This document shows, piece by piece, positions 37,081 to 42,214 of a stretch of DNA of 42,214 nt; the first letter of the stretch is position 1; each line of letters starts with the position of its first letter. The stretch lies in assembly GCA_964589745.1 (NCBI GenBank), contig CAZPUO010000001.1:1-42214 (forward strand), given 5' to 3'. Position numbers and translations under genes: made by a program. The notes under the pieces were generated by a model, which saw only the letters and a program-made list of their open reading frames with translations, searched no databases and was not told the origin of the DNA. Source of the stretch: an uncultured Methanotrichaceae archaeon (lineage in GTDB: Archaea; Halobacteriota; Methanosarcinia; Methanotrichales; Methanotrichaceae).

Positions 37081-37868
37081 CTTTTTCCCTTCAAAAACTC
37101 AAGTTTATATGGGAGTATTGTCTTTCCGTTCTCATATCTTCGAGGTATGCAAATGTATTTTCCATCATATCTTCCTTGAACGATCAGCGGCGTAGGCTTC
37201 ATCCTTATCGAAATAAGATCGCCCTTCGGTGTTCCCTCGTAATCATAAATTCCAAAGGGGTGGTTGGAGATGAACTCGCCTTCCTCGATCTTGCCTTCTA
37301 TCACTCTCGTCAAAACACGAGCCTTGGATTTTTTCTTTCCAATCCTCACATATCTGGGAATTCGAGAAGCTAATGATGAAGCTTCAACTTTGTAAGGCAG
37401 TAGATAGGCGGTAAAGAGGTTCTGTTGATCAAGAACTCGTTCTCGCCCAAATTTTGGAATATTATATTTTCTTGATGGGTTTTCTTTATCGTCGGCTCTC
37501 CAGTTTTTTACTGCATATTGATGAGGTCGAGCGTTCCAATAGCTTGTAGAATGTCCGCCTATGTGGCTAACGGTATGTGCCTTTCGTGTAACCTGAAGAC
37601 CGAAAATTCTCCTCAGGTATTCATGAGAAGATTCTAGTCTTGCGGGAGTTATATAAAAATCTTGATAGATCGCATTTGTATCTTCGAGGTGGGTAGGATT
37701 ATTAGAGAGGTTCATATATTTCCCGGCCACAAAACCAAAAGCATAATATAATGCTGTGTTAAGGAGATAGTCGCCTGTATCCACAAGATCGCCTACCTCT
37801 CTCGAAGCATACAGTGCACGATCTAGGGTCTCGATTGAGCACTCAACCGCCGAGAAACTCTCACTCAT
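37077..37868 (-). CDS. csc1: type I-D Cas5 (Csc1)
   Basis: ASREVG, LNTALYYAFG, YITPA, PRYVRIGKKKSK; position in the operon. Confidence 0.9.
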   Translation of the reverse strand: MSESFSAVECSIETLDRALYASREVGDLVDTGDYLLNTALYYAFGFVAGKYMNLSNNPTHLEDTNAIYQDFYITPARLESSHEYLRRIFGLQVTRKAHTVSHIGGHSTSYWNARPHQYAVKNWRADDKENPSRKYNIPKFGRERVLDQQNLFTAYLLPYKVEASSLASRIPRYVRIGKKKSKARVLTRVIEGKIEEGEFISNHPFGIYDYEGTPKGDLISIRMKPTPLIVQGRYDGKYICIPRRYENGKTILPYKLEFLKGKR

Positions 37869-38977
37869 TTCTTGCTCCTATTCTTTTTCTTTTTGAGCTC
37901 CTCGTCTACTTGTTTGAAAAAGCGAGCTGCTTCTGTTTTTTGTCGTTCTAGGGCATCTTTCATAGTGTCAGCGTCTATGGAATCAACCAATGTTCTTGCT
38001 TCTTCATCAGTAAGCGATTCTATATCCAGAATCTGTGTCTCCTCATTGAATGCATCTTTGACAAGCTGCTTTACTTTTTCGATGTCTAATACCTGGCTCT
38101 TCAACACCTTATTTAAATAATCAACATTGGGTCTTTCTGTCTCATTGATGGAGCAATTCGCTTCAGCCTGAAGCGATTTTATGCTCTCTCTAGTTTCAAC
38201 GGCATCGCTTTTCTCGCCAGTTGTTTTTTTCTCATCCTCCATTTGCTTCTCAAGGGCGAGATGACGTGCCACCTCTTGAGACAAAATCAGATTCGCTGGG
38301 CCTTCCTCTAATCCGTAGTATATCCCTAAGATGTGATTCTCCACTCTGCCAATTCTTGACGTAGCAGCACCGTATCTCTTGTTCATTTTGGTGATGCCCA
38401 GAACGAATACCAGTTCGTCAAACGTTGCATCTCTAAGGGTGATTACGCTTGGAAAAACCGTTCCAGGTACGATAAATTCAGGCTCCCGAATAGCTGTGGT
38501 TGCCTTTTTAGCAAATTCATCCCCGGGAGCACTCTGAAACTTCATTTCCACGATGACACTCGAATCTCTAATTGAGTAAGCAGTGTCGTACATAACTCGT
38601 GAAGTTACCGATATCTCTGCCTCTCCGACAGCGCTTCCAAATAGAATAGACTCGGGTGAATTCTGCGTCATTTCATTGACATTCATCGTATCTTTTAAAC
38701 TGATTAGGTTTCTTTGTAGCTCTTTTCCCTTTCGTCTGTCGCTTCCAGTCTGTTTTCTTTTAAACATCATGACCGGCGAATACTCAACAAGGCCATTCTT
38801 GGCATTCATTGCTACTGTGGCTCTATCTGCATCTTGCCCGCTGGAAGTGAATATGACACTTGACTGGAGTTCCCGAAGCACTAGCACGTGAACATAGTGC
38901 GCACTCGGCTCGTTGATGAGTTTATCGACGAGGCCTGAGGCCAATTTCTTTCTTATATCCTTTAATTCTACGCTCAT
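37865..38977 (-). CDS. csc2: type I-D Cas7 (Csc2)
   Basis: FKRKQTGSDRR, ILFGSA, SRVMYDTAYS, PGTVFPSVITL, RYGAATSRIG. Confidence 0.92.
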   Translation of the reverse strand: MSVELKDIRKKLASGLVDKLINEPSAHYVHVLVLRELQSSVIFTSSGQDADRATVAMNAKNGLVEYSPVMMFKRKQTGSDRRKGKELQRNLISLKDTMNVNEMTQNSPESILFGSAVGEAEISVTSRVMYDTAYSIRDSSVIVEMKFQSAPGDEFAKKATTAIREPEFIVPGTVFPSVITLRDATFDELVFVLGITKMNKRYGAATSRIGRVENHILGIYYGLEEGPANLILSQEVARHLALEKQMEDEKKTTGEKSDAVETRESIKSLQAEANCSINETERPNVDYLNKVLKSQVLDIEKVKQLVKDAFNEETQILDIESLTDEEARTLVDSIDADTMKDALERQKTEAARFFKQVDEELKKKKNRSKK

Positions 38978-38998
38978 TTAGATCGCCTTCGCTTATTG

Positions 38999-39406
38999 TC
39001 AAATTTGTGCTTTCATACCATCTCGCTGAATTCGAAGTGTAGAAGAATAATATCCATCTGCAAAACTATTCGATAGCTTCTTGAGTCTCGATATCTTGCC
39101 CTCACACATCTCGTTCAAGATCTTCTCTACGAAATAGTCTGCATACTCATCTGCCCTGGCGGCAATATTTTCTCTATCTGGGATAGAAGTGCTATCGCTT
39201 CTCATCCTCTCGATAGTCTTTTGAATGCGCCCAGAAATAACTGATTTGTAGTCATTAATTGACAGCTCTACGCCTTGGAGATCTGTAATGGCTTTAACCG
39301 ATTCTCGGAATAGCCTCTCTACAGCATATGGTTTTTGTTCCTCTGGCTGGACTATTCCAAATCCCAGCTCCGCTAGGTGATTTATTCTATCAGATGTTCT
39401 GATCAT
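38999..39406 (-). CDS. cas11d: Cas11d small subunit from an internal in-frame start in cas10d (135 aa)
   Basis: GAGGAG-AATCAT-ATG in frame with cas10d, giving MIRTSDRINHLAELGF...; internal Cas11d translation is established for type I-D. Confidence 0.75.
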   Translation of the reverse strand: MIRTSDRINHLAELGFGIVQPEEQKPYAVERLFRESVKAITDLQGVELSINDYKSVISGRIQKTIERMRSDSTSIPDRENIAARADEYADYFVEKILNEMCEGKISRLKKLSNSFADGYYSSTLRIQRDGMKAQI

Positions 39407-41989
39407 ATGATTCTCCTCTTCATGGTATTCATCCAGAAACAGCGCCATATCCAATAATTTGTCTACTGTTTTGTCTCTTTTCATATCCTCCGAAGCCCGA
39501 TGTATCATTCTTAGAAGATGAGATCCTGGAAAAATTTCATCTTGGATTATCCTGAGATACTTTGGGAACGACGAATCTTCCCGACCAGATCTCGAATTAT
39601 ATCCGAGCTGAATCAAGGAACTGGCCAATTTCAGCTTTTCTTCTAGTTTGGAGAGTGGAACGAACTTACCATAGAAATCTACTACGTGAGAGTTTATCGA
39701 ATCTAGAGCCACAAATTCTTGGAAATCCCTGCCGCGAATCGATGATATTGGAGATTGGCTTATTACTACCCGCATACCAGTGTAGGCTGCAATAACCAGT
39801 GCTATAAAGACTCCAAAGAAGTGAAACTCCGTTGTATTATTGGAAGGCTTATAAAATACAATAATGGCATCACCTATTGGGCTATCGTATGCTTGTGCCA
39901 TATATTGCGCCACATTCTTGCTTTGTTTGTCTTTTTTACTGGACTCCTCGCTTGCTAGGTATTTAAGCCAAGAGTCATAGATATCTATATCTCCTTCAAG
40001 TTCAGTAGATTTACCCTTATACTTTGAAGAAAATATTTTTGCTGATAGGGCTTCTATCTGCACTCGCGCATTTCTTGAGAAATTCATGAAGATTGTGTTT
40101 GCCAATGTCCACGATTCTGGTGTAAAATAATAATCAGGTATAAAATGGAAATATAGCGTCTCATTTTCTCCTACGCTATCTTTATCGAACCCCAGCATTC
40201 TCAAGGCAAGTTCTACTCCACACGGTGCACAAGTGAGTATATTCTCCGGCTTTCCTGCTCCTACGAAGACACTATTACTAAAATTAAAAGATAAGAATGA
40301 GTTTGAATTTTTCATATCCGATTTATTCAAATACCGAGTAGTTCCTCGATTACATATATTGCAAATTTTTCCGCCTTTTTTGTACTCATCGTATGTATCA
40401 CTGAGTAGAGTTGGGTGCGATATTGTCCCGTTTATCGAGAGTACATCATGAAGATATTGTACAATCTCAGTGCGGTATTTATCCGTTTTCTCAGAAACAA
40501 ATCCATCCCATCGATCCATCTTAGAAAGCCCACTATAGATCTGATCCACAAGCCTGTCTATGATATCTACGGGGGTAGCATTTCGGAGCTTGGTCCCCTC
40601 CATTTCTTGATTCATGATAGATTGTCCGATCGCATAGGAGTATCCCCATTTTCCACCGCCTCCTGTGCCACCAAGTATGTTATGATGCTTTTCCATAGCT
40701 TTTAAAAGCACATCACAAATGTCTTGTGAGACGCTCCAAAGCTCGCAGGTTTTTAGGAGTGCTTCTCTATTATCGTCAGGTATCAATTCAGATACAAATG
40801 ACTTATGAACCGTTGCCACAGCTCTCGCAAATCCGATGAGGATTTTTCGTCCCTCTTCAGAAGTCTCAAATTCAATCGGAATCGCAATTTTAACTTCCTC
40901 TAAATACTTGATTGTCGAATCTGTTAGCCCTCCTTTTCCTAGTTCATGTGCAGACACTAGCGATTTTTCGATGAACGCCCTGATCATATCCTTTGGATCG
41001 CTTAGCAAGTAATATTCATCACTAAGTCCATAGAACCCCAGCCTAGGATTGCTGAGTTTTTTAGCTAGTATTGAACTGGGTCCAGATAAATTTGGCAAAG
41101 GATTCTTGATGTTCTCTTGAAGAATTTTGTAGATATCGCTGATCGACTCATCCGAGATCATCATACTTTTCCTCCCTCGGCCCAAGTACACACATCCATC
41201 TTGGTAGGCCATCAGCATAATCAGTCCCTTGGATTCCATCACATCGGCCACTGACTTGTTGAGTATGCCTGTAAGAATCCCCTTTACATCATCTAGCCTG
41301 TGATATTGAAGGTTCAATTGAGAATCAGCAGAATCCTGTGGAAATCCATCGCGCAAAGCGATTAAGGACCGGGCGGAAACCGCCTCCTCTGGAGATGCGC
41401 AGCTCGCCATGTTGTCCATAAGATATAAAAACGGCTCTAAATCCATGAAGCGCGATGTTCGGGCACCAGACCTTGAGAATCTGCTTTTATGCAATGCCAC
41501 AGCGACTGAAAAGTAATCATCGTCGGAAAGCTCTGGAGCGAAGGGCCTCAATCCCATTTCATCGATGAATCTCCTGACCAACTTTCGGGGTATCTCAAAC
41601 GCTGTTTCCATCGAATCTATTCTTTCTGGTAGGTCTTCCTCGTCCAGAAACTCTGCGAACTCTAATTTGTGGAGCTCGTGCACAACAAATAGGGCTATGC
41701 AATTCCTAAGGCCCACTTCATCAAGAGGTCTTGCCTGAAGCTTTTCCAGGGCTTTGTTGAAGCGAAGAAGAAAGAGTATTCCATTTCTAATGTGATTGAG
41801 CATACTTTGGTCGGTCTTTCCAAATTCGACACTCTTAGCAGGTTTAAACCCCATAGATCTTTCCACGAGATGAATGTCAATCGTCTTGAGATACTCTGTG
41901 AAAAGATCTATCGTAGAATCGACAGGTTTTTCTTGAGATTGCTTTGGAAACAACCTGGACCTTATTAGATCCTGCAAAGAATCAGCCAT
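38999..41989 (-). CDS. cas10d: type I-D large subunit Cas10d (Csc3)
   Basis: N-terminal HD-type region (DQSMLNH...VHELHK...VALH...LMD), Zn finger CNIC...CAPC, YFHFIPDYYFT; 996 aa, between cas6 and csc2. Confidence 0.92.
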   Translation of the reverse strand: MADSLQDLIRSRLFPKQSQEKPVDSTIDLFTEYLKTIDIHLVERSMGFKPAKSVEFGKTDQSMLNHIRNGILFLLRFNKALEKLQARPLDEVGLRNCIALFVVHELHKLEFAEFLDEEDLPERIDSMETAFEIPRKLVRRFIDEMGLRPFAPELSDDDYFSVAVALHKSRFSRSGARTSRFMDLEPFLYLMDNMASCASPEEAVSARSLIALRDGFPQDSADSQLNLQYHRLDDVKGILTGILNKSVADVMESKGLIMLMAYQDGCVYLGRGRKSMMISDESISDIYKILQENIKNPLPNLSGPSSILAKKLSNPRLGFYGLSDEYYLLSDPKDMIRAFIEKSLVSAHELGKGGLTDSTIKYLEEVKIAIPIEFETSEEGRKILIGFARAVATVHKSFVSELIPDDNREALLKTCELWSVSQDICDVLLKAMEKHHNILGGTGGGGKWGYSYAIGQSIMNQEMEGTKLRNATPVDIIDRLVDQIYSGLSKMDRWDGFVSEKTDKYRTEIVQYLHDVLSINGTISHPTLLSDTYDEYKKGGKICNICNRGTTRYLNKSDMKNSNSFLSFNFSNSVFVGAGKPENILTCAPCGVELALRMLGFDKDSVGENETLYFHFIPDYYFTPESWTLANTIFMNFSRNARVQIEALSAKIFSSKYKGKSTELEGDIDIYDSWLKYLASEESSKKDKQSKNVAQYMAQAYDSPIGDAIIVFYKPSNNTTEFHFFGVFIALVIAAYTGMRVVISQSPISSIRGRDFQEFVALDSINSHVVDFYGKFVPLSKLEEKLKLASSLIQLGYNSRSGREDSSFPKYLRIIQDEIFPGSHLLRMIHRASEDMKRDKTVDKLLDMALFLDEYHEEENHMIRTSDRINHLAELGFGIVQPEEQKPYAVERLFRESVKAITDLQGVELSINDYKSVISGRIQKTIERMRSDSTSIPDRENIAARADEYADYFVEKILNEMCEGKISRLKKLSNSFADGYYSSTLRIQRDGMKAQI

Positions 41990-42214
41990 TTATCTAACCT
42001 CCCCCACCGTCACCCTCACCGCCCCGCACCCGCGCGCGACCGCGCTCCCGACCCCGCTGTACTCCGCAAACCTGGCCAGTGCCGCTATCCCGTTCCTCAC
42101 GCCCGCGGGCGCGTCCCTGGTGAAGCTGTACTGGCAGCGCCCCACAAAGCCCTGCCTCATGATCGGCCTGGGATGGCCTTTGACCTTATCGAAGACCGTG
42201 TTCACCACCACGCT
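41990..42214 (-). CDS. cas6: Cas6 endoribonuclease, 3' part (truncated by window edge)
   Basis: GFVG...LARFAEYSGVGSAVARGCG G-rich loop; abuts the cas10d start. Confidence 0.9.
   Translation of the reverse strand, partial: SVVVNTVFDKVKGHPRPIMRQGFVGRCQYSFTRDAPAGVRNGIAALARFAEYSGVGSAVARGCGAVRVTVGEVR

Overview
Archaeal methanogen chromosome segment; the housekeeping proteins point to Methanotrichales/Methanothrix, but this is an inference. It has three blocks. (1) 1-17.7 kb is an accessory-looking region abutting the 3' end of a tRNA-Ala(CGC). It holds a cytoplasmic group 1h-like [NiFe]-hydrogenase operon (small subunit, large subunit with an atypical DPCLACCVG motif, maturation protease), an unannotated rubredoxin with a partly duplicated dead copy, several gene relics, and a bacterial-type glycogen-to-trehalose cluster (treS-mak, treZ, GH57/DUF3536, treY, malQ). 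(2) 17.7-28.3 kb is core genes: EF-1beta, Zn-ribbon protein, MfnE-like kinase, Nudix hydrolase, gltX, DGGGP synthase, dtdA, two wHTH regulators, MBL hydrolase, purB and a GT4. (3) 28.5-42.2 kb is two small hypothetical genes and a type I-D CRISPR-Cas locus on the minus strand: cas6 (partial), cas10d with internal cas11d, cas7d, cas5d, cas3', cas4, an inserted SAM methyltransferase, cas1, cas2, leader, and an array of 34 repeats/33 spacers followed by two cryptic in-register degenerate repeats. The most interesting items are the hydrogenase, the HD-to-HE change in Cas10d, the methyltransferase inside the adaptation module, the cryptic trailer repeats and a probable pseudokinase Mak domain. All identity counts were done by hand; no database searches were run.
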